64,000 nucleotides of DNA. It comes from Candidatus Cloacimonadales bacterium (GTDB lineage: Bacteria > Cloacimonadota > Cloacimonadia > Cloacimonadales > JAIOQZ01). Position 1 is the stretch's first letter. The number at the start of each line of letters is the position of its first letter. This document shows positions 47,319 through 56,788 of this stretch, in pieces. The translations under genes were made by a program, and so were the position numbers. The notes beneath the pieces were generated by a model. It worked only from the letters and a program-made list of their open reading frames with translations. It was not told the DNA's origin and did not search any database. Where the stretch lies: the NCBI GenBank assembly GCA_963662655.2, contig CAXXTU010000002.1:672001-736000 (forward strand). Reading direction: 5' to 3'.

Positions 47319-48271
47319 TGATAGGTCTCCCTTAGGGCATCACGAATATCGTACTCAGGTCTCCAGCCGAGAATTTCCCGGGCTCTTTCGGAGGAGCAAA
47401 GCCAGTGTTTTCCGGTGAAATCACCGATGCGCTGGAAATTGAGGACTGGAATTTTCCCGAGAAATCGTCCGGCGATCTCCGAGAAGAACGTGGCCGGATA
47501 GATGAAGATGGCTGGAAGATAGATTTTCAGTGCAAAGGTTTTCATCGCTTCTTCGATGTAGCGGACAAAGCCGGTGAAGGAGTATTGTTTGCCATCGGAA
47601 ACAAAGAACGTTTCCCCGTATGCGTTGTCGTTGAGGGGAAGCATTCCCAGGAATTGAACGAGGTCCCTGCTGTAAATCGCGCTGAAGCTGCGTTCGCCAG
47701 AAAGAAGGACTGCGACATGCTTTTGAACCATCCTGAAATAGGAAAGAAAGTCTTTGTCCCCAGGCCCAAACACAGACGCCGGGCGGACGATGGTACAATG
47801 GATTCCTTCGGCGCGACGAACCGTTTTCTCGGCAGCTCGCTTGCTTCTTCCATAGCCGGAAACGGGTCGGCAGGGATCGTCTTCGCATTTGAAATCGTTT
47901 CCGCAGCAAGATGTTCCCGACACGGCTTGCGAGCTGAGATAAATGAAGTGTTTCATCGATTCTGTCTTCCGCGCCGCTCCAAGCAGGATGCGGGTGACAT
48001 CCACATTGGCCCGGTACAACTGCTTCCTGCTCCATGCTTTTGTCATGCCGGCAAGATGAAAGACCGCGTTGTATCCCTCGAGGGCTTGTAACACCTGCTT
48101 CTCGTGGCGGTAGTCTATTCTAGCGATGTTCGGATGCAGTTCTTCGGGGATCAGGCCGATATCCGAAGAAGCTCGTATCAGGCCTTTGACCTCATAGCCG
48201 AGTTGGTTCAGATGAACCATGAGTTGGCATCCGATGAATCCATTCGCACCCGTGACAATTACTTTTTTCAT
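47291..48271 (-). CDS. NAD-dependent epimerase/dehydratase
   Basis: VTGANGFIG, VFHLAG, YGRSK, RPASVFGPGD. Confidence 0.9.
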   Translation of the reverse strand: MKKVIVTGANGFIGCQLMVHLNQLGYEVKGLIRASSDIGLIPEELHPNIARIDYRHEKQVLQALEGYNAVFHLAGMTKAWSRKQLYRANVDVTRILLGAARKTESMKHFIYLSSQAVSGTSCCGNDFKCEDDPCRPVSGYGRSKRAAEKTVRRAEGIHCTIVRPASVFGPGDKDFLSYFRMVQKHVAVLLSGERSFSAIYSRDLVQFLGMLPLNDNAYGETFFVSDGKQYSFTGFVRYIEEAMKTFALKIYLPAIFIYPATFFSEIAGRFLGKIPVLNFQRIGDFTGKHWLCSSERAREILGWRPEYDIRDALRETYQWYIENNWL

Positions 48272-48732
48272 GTAGATGAAAATCGAGAAATGCCGAGTTT
48301 CAGTCAACTGATTTATCGAATTGATCTAAAATGTGCGAGTGAATGGAATTGGCATAAATACGATTTCCCGATTGTAGAATCGTCAAATGCAAAGTGGATA
48401 ATCAGGATATCGTTCCCGGAGAGCCATTTCCGTATTATTTTTCTCTCCGATTCATCAATCGTCAATAAGGAAATGGCGTTACGCCGGTACGGTTTTCTGG
48501 ATATTTGCATCGCAAAATCTTACAGGGGATTAGATACCGGTTTTTTAAGGAAAAAATGATTGCCGGATTTCCCCCCTTTTAAATAGATTGTATATAATGC
48601 GATTTCTCCAGGATCGGAGATGCCTGAGGTATTGGCGGCGAAATCGCAAAACCTGATTTTCTATGTGGCTGTAAACGGGATTCGATGGCAACTCATGGGA
48701 AAATCGAAAAAGAAAATGGAATGGAAAGTGGC

Positions 48733-49431
48733 ATGAAGAAAAACGTTTTACTGATCATCCTTACGGTTCTTGTAGCTCTATCTGCGGGTCTCATCACTTA
48801 CAAGCTCATGTTCTTCAACAAATCATCGAACGTTGTCCCCAAAATGACGCATCTGAACCTCGGTGAAGCGGAGGAGCTCCTGAAGCAGCACGGCCTGAAC
48901 TACAAGGTCACTAAAATCGACAACACAGAGCCGGGACAGGACGATCCGGTGCTGAACCAGAAACCCAATCCCGGGACGAAGGTTTGGGAGAAAATGATCG
49001 TCGAACTGGTCGTCGCGAATCCGATGAAGGAGCTTCCGGATATCGATTCCCTGGAAGTTGCCGAGGCAGTCAGGATCGTGGTAGAGAAAGGTTTTACCGT
49101 TACGGATACGGTTTATTGTTACAACGAGTATATTCCGGCAGGATTGGCAGCCGGATACGAAGGCCAGAGCAATCACACGATACTGGACAAGCCGGTTACG
49201 ATCGTTGTTTCGAAAGGTCCGCAAATGGCGTATGTGCCGGATGTGATTGGTTTGCATTTCTCAAAAGCGGAGAAGATGCTGCAGGAAGCTGGATTCTCGA
49301 ATTTCGAGTATTCCCGGATGAGCTCGAAAATCATCCCTTCTCAATGCGTTGTGGATGTCGATCCCAAGGAAGGTCTGGTAAAGCGCAGCGCAACGCTCCA
49401 TATTTACATATCTTCGGGAAAGGGGAAATGA
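48733..49431 (+). CDS. Membrane-anchored PASTA-repeat protein with no kinase or PBP domain
   Basis: N-terminal TM; VP.M....A..LL...GL, VPDVIG....A...L..AGF, V..Q.P..G repeats. Confidence 0.8.
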   Translation: MKKNVLLIILTVLVALSAGLITYKLMFFNKSSNVVPKMTHLNLGEAEELLKQHGLNYKVTKIDNTEPGQDDPVLNQKPNPGTKVWEKMIVELVVANPMKELPDIDSLEVAEAVRIVVEKGFTVTDTVYCYNEYIPAGLAAGYEGQSNHTILDKPVTIVVSKGPQMAYVPDVIGLHFSKAEKMLQEAGFSNFEYSRMSSKIIPSQCVVDVDPKEGLVKRSATLHIYISSGKGK

Positions 49432-49470
49432 TCAAGGTCATTTAGATCCCGAAGGAGAGTTGAAACAAGA

Positions 49471-51681
49471 ATGAACAGAGTATTGATTATCGAAGACGAA
49501 CCCTTGATGCGGGACCTTTACAAGAGCCTGCTGGAGGATCAGTTTTACGAGCTAACGGAAGCCGAGAACGGAACGCAGGCCCTCGATATGGCCCAAGAGA
49601 CACCGTTCGATTTATACATCACGGACATCATGATGCCCAAGATGAGCGGCCTGGAATTCCTGAGAGAGCTCAAGAAAATCGATCCCAGCGCGCATGTGAT
49701 CATAGTGACGGGTTACGACGATATATCATACAACCGCAAGGCGATCGAGTATGGCGCCTGGCGTTATCTGGTCAAGCCGGTTGCTCGGTCGGAATTCCTG
49801 AACGTTATACGGGCGGGTTTGATCGAACACAACAGGCTTATCGATCCCGATTTTGCCGGTTTCGACATGCCTGCTCCGAAGGCGGAGCCAGAGGCGCAGG
49901 CGGAGCCGGAAGAAAGCGCAGGCATCGAACCGCTTCTCAAAGATATCGCTTTCAGCAAGCTCAAGCTTTTGAATGCTGAGGATGCGCTTTCAGCCTACAA
50001 TGAGAACGCCGACGCCATCTTCGAGTACGTCGAGCAGCCCATGCAGAACCTTCTGCACGAGATTGCGAGGCAGTTACCCGAATATATGCAATCCCTTCTG
50101 GAGATCGAGGAGAAGCTTTTCGAACCCATTAAACGTAAGCAGATGAAGAAAGAGTTCGCGGTCGATTACTACTACGGGGCCTTCTATCCCAAAGGCGGAA
50201 ATCGTTCGCAGGATGGTCAGCTCTACATCGCGATCAACGAGGACCGTTTCGAGTACGGGTTCATCGTTGGCGAGTACGGGGACGATCAAAGGCTCGTGTT
50301 TATCGGTAACCTTCGCAATCACAAAGACAAGCTAATCGAAGACTTGAACGACATCATCAAGGATGGTGCGATCATCAAAGGTACTTTGCTGGGCAAATTG
50401 CTCGATATCGACGAAGAAGACCTGAATAAAGCCGAGCCGATTCTACCGACTCCCATGAGCAGTCCGGGCGGAACGCATGCTTGCTACCAGATTCCACGCG
50501 AAAAGGCGGTAACGTTCAACCAGGAATCGATGGTGGAGATGGTTCTGCGAGGATTCCAAACCTTGTATCCGCTTTTCGTGCTAACCACCGGAAGCGACGC
50601 GATCGAGAAGCTCAACCGGAGTTCGCAGTACATTCCGTCGCAGGAAGAGCTCGAGCAATGGCTCGAGACGGAAGTGAAAGACGACTCCTTCCCGCAGAGT
50701 CAGCAGCCCAAACCAAGTGTGACGGAGTTTCCGACCCTAACTCAGGCACAGCCTGAACCTGCTCCCGAACCCGCGTATAAAGAGAATATTCCTGCATCTG
50801 CATCGGTGGTTCCCGAAAGAAGGCGTGAACCTGTACGCAGGATCATCGAGCACGTACCTGTGCGATCGGAGACTGTGCAGGAAAGCAGCTATCTATTTTA
50901 TCAGCCGAGATTTTACGCGGACGAACAGCAGCCGGTTCCAGAGCCGTCCAAGCGTTGGAAATCGCTCTTGAAGCGTAGGCGTCAGGTGTATATTCGCGGT
51001 GAGGCCGATGTGGAGATGCTGGCTGAAAACCTTGCGAGAGCCTTCATTCAGGGAACAGAAGGATTCCGCGATGCGCTGGTTCTACATCCTTCGCTGAAGT
51101 ATAGCGATCTGGTACGTCAGCCGAAATCCATTTACCCGGATGGCTTTTTCCCGCTGTTTTTCGAGGCTGCGGTGTCCATCGATGCGCCGTGTGTGCTGGT
51201 CTTGAACCACTTCGATACCTGCGACCAGCTCGAAATTCTCGGCGAGTATCTTTATCTTTTACAGAACCGCGGGACCAAGCTTTCGATAACGCGATCCAGC
51301 GAGTTCCTGGTTGTGCCGGAAAACGTGTATGTCATTGCGACCGGGAGCAAGGAAATCGAGGAAACGAGAGTGCGGCAGGTGTTTGCGCAAATCGATTACC
51401 AGCCCGATTACTCGATTCTCCTGGAGTTACTTCCCGAAGAGAAGGCCGAGGAGTTCCTCAATCTCTTGAACGAGTTCTTCGAGATGCAGCCATCGCTGGA
51501 GAATCACGTGGGTGTGGTACCGTTCCTGCGTGAGAAGGACGATCTGGAAGAAGCGATGCCGGATATCTGGGACATCGATGTATTGCCCCTTGCTGCTGCG
51601 ATGCTACAGAACAAAGGAGTGAGGCCTTCCGATTTCACTTGGGAGAAACTCCTCGAAACGAAACTGAAGGCCTGGACTTAA
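49471..51681 (+). CDS. Response-regulator receiver domain fused to a degenerate McrB-like AAA+ domain
   Basis: IIEDE, TDIMMPKMSG, TGY, YLVKP (intact REC); C-terminal McrB-like scaffold lacking catalytic motifs. Confidence 0.75.
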   Translation: MNRVLIIEDEPLMRDLYKSLLEDQFYELTEAENGTQALDMAQETPFDLYITDIMMPKMSGLEFLRELKKIDPSAHVIIVTGYDDISYNRKAIEYGAWRYLVKPVARSEFLNVIRAGLIEHNRLIDPDFAGFDMPAPKAEPEAQAEPEESAGIEPLLKDIAFSKLKLLNAEDALSAYNENADAIFEYVEQPMQNLLHEIARQLPEYMQSLLEIEEKLFEPIKRKQMKKEFAVDYYYGAFYPKGGNRSQDGQLYIAINEDRFEYGFIVGEYGDDQRLVFIGNLRNHKDKLIEDLNDIIKDGAIIKGTLLGKLLDIDEEDLNKAEPILPTPMSSPGGTHACYQIPREKAVTFNQESMVEMVLRGFQTLYPLFVLTTGSDAIEKLNRSSQYIPSQEELEQWLETEVKDDSFPQSQQPKPSVTEFPTLTQAQPEPAPEPAYKENIPASASVVPERRREPVRRIIEHVPVRSETVQESSYLFYQPRFYADEQQPVPEPSKRWKSLLKRRRQVYIRGEADVEMLAENLARAFIQGTEGFRDALVLHPSLKYSDLVRQPKSIYPDGFFPLFFEAAVSIDAPCVLVLNHFDTCDQLEILGEYLYLLQNRGTKLSITRSSEFLVVPENVYVIATGSKEIEETRVRQVFAQIDYQPDYSILLELLPEEKAEEFLNLLNEFFEMQPSLENHVGVVPFLREKDDLEEAMPDIWDIDVLPLAAAMLQNKGVRPSDFTWEKLLETKLKAWT

Positions 51682-52872
51682 CTACTTAATCAGATTGGCC
51701 TTCTCGATCTCAATTTCCTCCAATTTACCGTCAACTTCCCGCGTAATCCTGATCGATTCGACTTTCGGATCGTAGAGCCACAGGCGGATCTGGCGATTTT
51801 CCAGCTCCACCATTCCCAAGCCGTTCACGGCGGTGATTTTATCTTCGAGCGCGATTCCGGCTTTTTCGGCGGGAGAGTTCTGCCAGATTCCCATCACTTC
51901 AAGCGCTTTGCCGGTGTTTACGATGTTCAGTCCGGTGGAGAAAAGAATGGATTGCTCCTCGCCGTCGCAAGGCTGGAACAGTACTTTGCGCTTCGGGTAG
52001 TCCATTGTCACAAGGTAATCATCCATGAAGTCTTTACCGATCAGGATGGTTTTCTCATCGATCATGCCCGGAAGGTCCGCAAACAATACGGGAACGTCGC
52101 TGAGCACGATATCGCCAATTCGTACCTCGTCGAGAACGGTCATGACGTTCCGGGTCTGGGTTGTAAACGGCCACTTGGCGAAGAAACCGGTAGCGCCGAT
52201 TGATTTCTGTCTGATGTGCTCCGGCATGTCTTCCAAGCGATCATACGGTAGGACGAAGGCGTAGTTCAGGCCGGTATCTATAAGCCCATTGAATTTGAGG
52301 TCGCCGTTGATGACGGTTTTCACGGATGGGAAATAGGGGAAGAGAATCTTCATGTCCATGAGTACATCGGAGTCGTTTTCTTTCACAAGCTTCGAGGAGT
52401 TCCTGAACAGAATCTCATTTCGCCGATAGTCGAATGCGACCTGAAAGAAGCGAAGGTAATCGGATCCCACCATGCCCTGAATGGAGTTCTTGCTTAGCTT
52501 GAAAGTGTCTCCAAAAGGCATGATGACCGCTTTCAAGTCGTTTACTTCAACTTTTGCAAGCTTGAGGCTGGCGATTTTCGCAAGTGAGACGCCTTCCTGC
52601 GGGGACTCGTGTTTCTCGAGCTGAAGGGAATCGGCCAACGAGTTTTCGAGCATCGTCATGCCCCCGGTGTCGATAATAACCGGCAATGTGTGGTCATCGA
52701 AATCCGCATCGACTAAAATGACATGCGAGCCTTGCAGTGTAAACGGTACGGTGAGTTCGTTTTCAATAGCTTTCGGGACTCCGCCCTTGAACTTTTCAAA
52801 CATCTTTATCTTGGTGTTCGTGCATCCTGTTGCGGCGAGAATTAGAATGGCCAATATGAGAATGTTTCTCAT
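51682..52872 (-). CDS. Lipoprotein with two retropepsin-like aspartyl protease domains and PDZ
   Basis: Lipobox ATGC; IIDTGG and LIDTGL; NSPAEKAGI..EDKITAVNG. Confidence 0.85.
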   Translation of the reverse strand: MRNILILAILILAATGCTNTKIKMFEKFKGGVPKAIENELTVPFTLQGSHVILVDADFDDHTLPVIIDTGGMTMLENSLADSLQLEKHESPQEGVSLAKIASLKLAKVEVNDLKAVIMPFGDTFKLSKNSIQGMVGSDYLRFFQVAFDYRRNEILFRNSSKLVKENDSDVLMDMKILFPYFPSVKTVINGDLKFNGLIDTGLNYAFVLPYDRLEDMPEHIRQKSIGATGFFAKWPFTTQTRNVMTVLDEVRIGDIVLSDVPVLFADLPGMIDEKTILIGKDFMDDYLVTMDYPKRKVLFQPCDGEEQSILFSTGLNIVNTGKALEVMGIWQNSPAEKAGIALEDKITAVNGLGMVELENRQIRLWLYDPKVESIRITREVDGKLEEIEIEKANLIK

Positions 52873-53489
52873 GATTCCTCCGTTGCGTGGGGTTTGAGTA
52901 ATGTGTGCAGCGCTTGATAGATTTTTTCGACTTGCTCATCGTGATCGGATTCACAGTCGAATTTATGGAGTACCGACATCCCTTCCACGATACCGTGGAG
53001 TGTGATCGCCAGTGTTTCTGGGTCCACATCGTCGCGAACGATTTTCTCTGCTTGCGCTTTGGCAATGGCGGAATGCAGAAAACGCTGTGTTTGCTTGAAG
53101 ATTCGGTCGATCTCCATACGGATTTTGCCGCTGTCGCGAGCGAGCGCACCGCAGAGATCGTTAAATCCCATCGTAAACTCCTCCGTAGGCTCGACATCGA
53201 GAAGCATACACTCGATCCTGTCGAAGACCGGGATGGATGTAATGACGAATCGCAGATATTCGTCAAAAGTGGTGAATTTACTGTGCTGCCCTCTGGTCCA
53301 AGCTGTCACCTTTTCTTCGAAATAGGCGATCACACTCTCCGCGAGGGATTCCTTGCTCTCAAAATGATGATAGATCGCAGGTTTGGTGATTCCGACTTCA
53401 TCAGCGATCATGTTCATCGACGTGCAGTCGTAGCCGTTCCTAAGGAACTTCTCCAGCGCTTTCCGTACAATGATTTCCTTCGTTTCCAA
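52869..53489 (-). CDS. TetR/AcrR family transcriptional regulator
   Basis: F...GY..TSM..IA..VGITKPAIYHHFESKE.L; TTG start after AAGGAGG. Confidence 0.9.
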   Translation of the reverse strand: METKEIIVRKALEKFLRNGYDCTSMNMIADEVGITKPAIYHHFESKESLAESVIAYFEEKVTAWTRGQHSKFTTFDEYLRFVITSIPVFDRIECMLLDVEPTEEFTMGFNDLCGALARDSGKIRMEIDRIFKQTQRFLHSAIAKAQAEKIVRDDVDPETLAITLHGIVEGMSVLHKFDCESDHDEQVEKIYQALHTLLKPHATEES

Positions 53490-53498
53490 ATTAACCTC

Positions 53499-53514
53499 CT
53501 TACCGGTAGGTAAG
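53499..53514. promoter_or_regulatory. Putative TetR operator palindrome CTTACC-GGTA-GGTAAG
   Basis: Inverted repeat between a minus-strand TTGACA (53537-53542) and the TetR RBS. Confidence 0.5.
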
Positions 53515-53591
53515 TAATTTCGATGTGTCATTTTTCTGTCAAAGAATTTTTGTTCGACTTGCCGTTAGCTTGATAATGGTTGCACAATCCA

Positions 53592-53707
53592 GCGCGGCGG
53601 GGCGGCGCCGTAAGCCCTGAAGGTCTTACGGCCTGCTTCTGTGATGTCTTGTAAAGACATCACAGAAGCAGGTTAGTGCGCGTAGCGCACGCGCCGCCCC
53701 GCCGCGC
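53592..53707. repeat. Second intergenic four-way-junction palindromic element
   Basis: 17-bp outer stem 53592-53608/53691-53707; hairpins 53609-53630, 53632-53672 (perfect 19-bp arms, GTA loop) and 53676-53690. Confidence 0.75.
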
Positions 53708-53747
53708 GGACGGTGGTCGCTCAACTTGAGAATGCTGGATCGGTAAA

Positions 53748-55730
53748 CTACTTGAGAAGCAGGGCTTTCTGCGTGATGGATTTTCCGGGCGATTTCAAGC
53801 GGATCAAATACACACCACTGGCCACTGATTTGCCGTGATTGTCCAGGCCGTCCCAGTTGGCTGTATGCCGACCAGCCTCGGTCAGTCTGTTGTGAAGCGT
53901 TCGAACTTGCCTGCCTTTGACATCGAATACGTCGAGAGTAACCTGAGAAGTTTTAGCAACGGAGAAATGTATCGTCGTGCTAGGATTGAATGGATTAGGG
54001 TAATTGAATAGTTGCCAGCCGAATGACGGCTGATCTTCATTTCCAGAGGCCATTGGATTAACTTGAACGCTCCAGGAGACTTCAACCGTGTCATAGCCGT
54101 CGTCGACCTCGCACCGAACGGTGACATCGCCCTCATTTTCGAAAAGGATATCAATCTCGGACGACGTGGCAGCCTGCTCAACTTCATCGACGTACCACGC
54201 GTAGGTCAGCAAATCGTAATCTTCATCGGTGGCGTCAACCGAAAAAGTCTCAGATTGACCTTCCGTGATCTCAAACTCACTTTCCTCGGGAATGAAACTC
54301 AATATCTCTGGTAGCGCGTTTCCCACGGTAATATAGTTCTCCCGGACGATCCACAGGGTGTCCTCGCCGTCGTAAACCTCGAGCTTAACGGAATAAACGC
54401 CTTCCTCCATGTACTGGTAGACTGGATTCTGCTCCTGCGAGTCGAATACGCCATCGTTCTGGAAATCCCAGTTCCAGCCGGAGGGTCCATGCAGTACTTT
54501 CTCCGTGAAAGCGACCGGCTGGAAGATGTGCGGAGTCTCGTCACTGACTTCGAAATCGATCTCACATGGGAGGTCGATGTTGACGATAATCAGAGAATTG
54601 TAGGCAAACGTCGCGGTGTTTTGCTGATAGTCGAGAATGGTTTGTTCATCAGGGGTTTCCTCAAACCACTCATCGAGATACTCGTCCGTTTGATCGAAAA
54701 TCACGTTCTCCGCAGCGAACACCTCGTGCCAAAGACCCATGCCTTCCACATCGCGAAGCTTGTATGTATCTACGAAATAAGATCCTTCGGGGCAGTCATA
54801 AATTGCGGTTCGTTTCTCGTTGGCAAGATTGCAGAGAGGGGAGGAATCGTCCGTGTTGGCTTCTGCTGGTGGAGGTCCGACGGGGAAGATCGGGATTGCG
54901 ATTGCTCCGGCAGGCTGACCGAGCAACGTCCACATCACCGTGAGTTTGGCCGGCTCTCCCGGGAGTACACCTCTGAATACCGCTGCAGATCCGTTGTTCT
55001 GATTACTGATGCTGTTCACCGCGGGAATGTATCCCCAGGGAATGTTCGTGTCATAATGCCCGGTGAACGGAACGCTGAGAGGCTGGCTGTTCGAATCGGA
55101 ATAGTCTCTCGTGTGAACCTGAATGATGTGTCGGTAATCGATCTGATTGTTTTCATACAGCTCAGCGAGAATATCATGACTGCGGTTGAATTGAGCAAGG
55201 CCGCTGGATCCGCCGCCGTTTTCAGCGAAATTCGTGCGAATGATGTAACCGTAAGGTGCGTCGGTAGTGTCGTACTTCCAGTACTCGGTCGGGCCAACCT
55301 CGTACATGGCAGCTGCGCCGGTGCTGTCGAACACCGCAAAATTGCCGTGCGTATCGCGCCCGACCTGATTCGTGCTGTCCAGAATCGCCTCGAAATCGGC
55401 CAGCGTCTCGCAGATGGGAAGGCAGAAAAGCATAAGATCGCCATTGCCCATGGGTCGCCCTAGGTCGCTTGATAAGGCATTGCCGATGACAAATCCTTTC
55501 TCGTTCACGCCCATCCAGAAGTATTCGGAATCGGTGCTGCCGACGCCGACAAAACGATTGGGGCCTTCGTCGTTATATTTGACGACCTGGCTTCCAGATA
55601 CATCGCGATTCTTCCACATGAGCGGTCGCCCGTCGGAAGTGGCGCTTCCAGAAGCGATGCCGATTGTACACGCGAACGAAAGAGATACTCCAATAATAAA
55701 CAGTAGCGAAATGATTCCTTTTCCTTTCAT
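53748..55730 (-). CDS. Secreted Ntn-hydrolase (C45/choloylglycine hydrolase-like) + PKD + FlgD/T9SS-like CTD
   Basis: Signal peptide then CTIG nucleophile, DGRPLMWKNRD, MGVNEKG, IRTNF; WDFQNDG PKD; YPNPFNPST. Confidence 0.8.
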   Translation of the reverse strand: MKGKGIISLLFIIGVSLSFACTIGIASGSATSDGRPLMWKNRDVSGSQVVKYNDEGPNRFVGVGSTDSEYFWMGVNEKGFVIGNALSSDLGRPMGNGDLMLFCLPICETLADFEAILDSTNQVGRDTHGNFAVFDSTGAAAMYEVGPTEYWKYDTTDAPYGYIIRTNFAENGGGSSGLAQFNRSHDILAELYENNQIDYRHIIQVHTRDYSDSNSQPLSVPFTGHYDTNIPWGYIPAVNSISNQNNGSAAVFRGVLPGEPAKLTVMWTLLGQPAGAIAIPIFPVGPPPAEANTDDSSPLCNLANEKRTAIYDCPEGSYFVDTYKLRDVEGMGLWHEVFAAENVIFDQTDEYLDEWFEETPDEQTILDYQQNTATFAYNSLIIVNIDLPCEIDFEVSDETPHIFQPVAFTEKVLHGPSGWNWDFQNDGVFDSQEQNPVYQYMEEGVYSVKLEVYDGEDTLWIVRENYITVGNALPEILSFIPEESEFEITEGQSETFSVDATDEDYDLLTYAWYVDEVEQAATSSEIDILFENEGDVTVRCEVDDGYDTVEVSWSVQVNPMASGNEDQPSFGWQLFNYPNPFNPSTTIHFSVAKTSQVTLDVFDVKGRQVRTLHNRLTEAGRHTANWDGLDNHGKSVASGVYLIRLKSPGKSITQKALLLK

Positions 55731-55833
55731 GATTCCCCCTGATTAATACGCCAAACGTAGTTGTCTGAATCGTATATGGCAAGGAAAAGTTTAAGACAGC
55801 CCGACCGGAATGCGGATCGCAATCAGAAAATTC

Positions 55834-55877
55834 TTGACAGAGATATCGAACTTGGGGAATAGTGGTACTGATTAGTA
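55834..55877 (+). promoter_or_regulatory. Promoter and TACT-N4-AGTA palindrome upstream of the TrmB-family gene
   Basis: TTGACA 55834-55839, AATAGT -10-like, TACTGATTAGTA 55866-55877. Confidence 0.45.
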
Positions 55878-55894
55878 ACACTCATGGGGGCGGA

Positions 55895-56758
55895 ATGAAA
55901 CAGATGCAACGGATTGACCTATTGATCGAGCTTGGATTCACGCAGGTGGAAGCAGCCGTATATTATGCACTGCTCGAGAATTCTCCACAGTCGGGGTACG
56001 GAATAGCCCGGCAAATCGAGAAATCACGGTCCAACGTGTATCAAGCGCTCAAATCCCTTGAAAACAAAGGCGCGATCGTTCAGGTGCAAGGCTCTTCGAA
56101 CAAGCAATATCAAGCAGTCGCTGTCGAGATGATGCTTGAACAGAAGGAGCGCGAGTTCAAAGCGAACCGGAAACGGGTAGCGGATGCATTCAGGGATATG
56201 GAGCAGCAGGAAGATATCCAGGCGATCTACTACCTCCAGAGCATGGAGCAGGTTTTCGTAAAAGCAAACGAGGTTATCAACCAGACACGTAAAATCATAT
56301 TCATCGAAGCCGAATCACACCATTTCGCCAAGATCGAGCATTCTGTGCGCGACGCAATCTCCCGGGGGGTGATTGTCGCATTATACACTTCGGATATCGA
56401 AAGCTACGAAGGGGCGGAGATAATCCGATACAAGCCATTGAAGACCAGCGAGATGGTTCCCGAGTGCTGGCCCATCAACTGGTTTACCATGGCCGGTGAC
56501 GCCGAGCAGTTCATTATTTGTACCACCAAACGCAACACCGACGAACTGATCCATGCGCTTTATGGCGGTAATCGCTATCTTTCCGGCTGGATATACAGCG
56601 ATATGCTCTATCAAATCGGCTTCTCGAACATTGTTGGAATGTTCAACGACGGCCTTTCCCGAGAAGAAATCTGGCAGGAAATCCAGTCGTATATTCACCG
56701 GTTTGTCGATAAGGCCCCGGGAATTCTCGATCTGAAAAAGGAGTATCGGGATCGATAG
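55895..56758 (+). CDS. TrmB family transcriptional regulator
   Basis: LGFT.VEA.VY.ALL...SGY.IA.....RSNVYQAL.SL..KG wHTH plus effector domain. Confidence 0.85.
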   Translation: MKQMQRIDLLIELGFTQVEAAVYYALLENSPQSGYGIARQIEKSRSNVYQALKSLENKGAIVQVQGSSNKQYQAVAVEMMLEQKEREFKANRKRVADAFRDMEQQEDIQAIYYLQSMEQVFVKANEVINQTRKIIFIEAESHHFAKIEHSVRDAISRGVIVALYTSDIESYEGAEIIRYKPLKTSEMVPECWPINWFTMAGDAEQFIICTTKRNTDELIHALYGGNRYLSGWIYSDMLYQIGFSNIVGMFNDGLSREEIWQEIQSYIHRFVDKAPGILDLKKEYRDR

Positions 56759-56788
56759 GTAATACGAAGAAACATAAGGAGTACTGAA

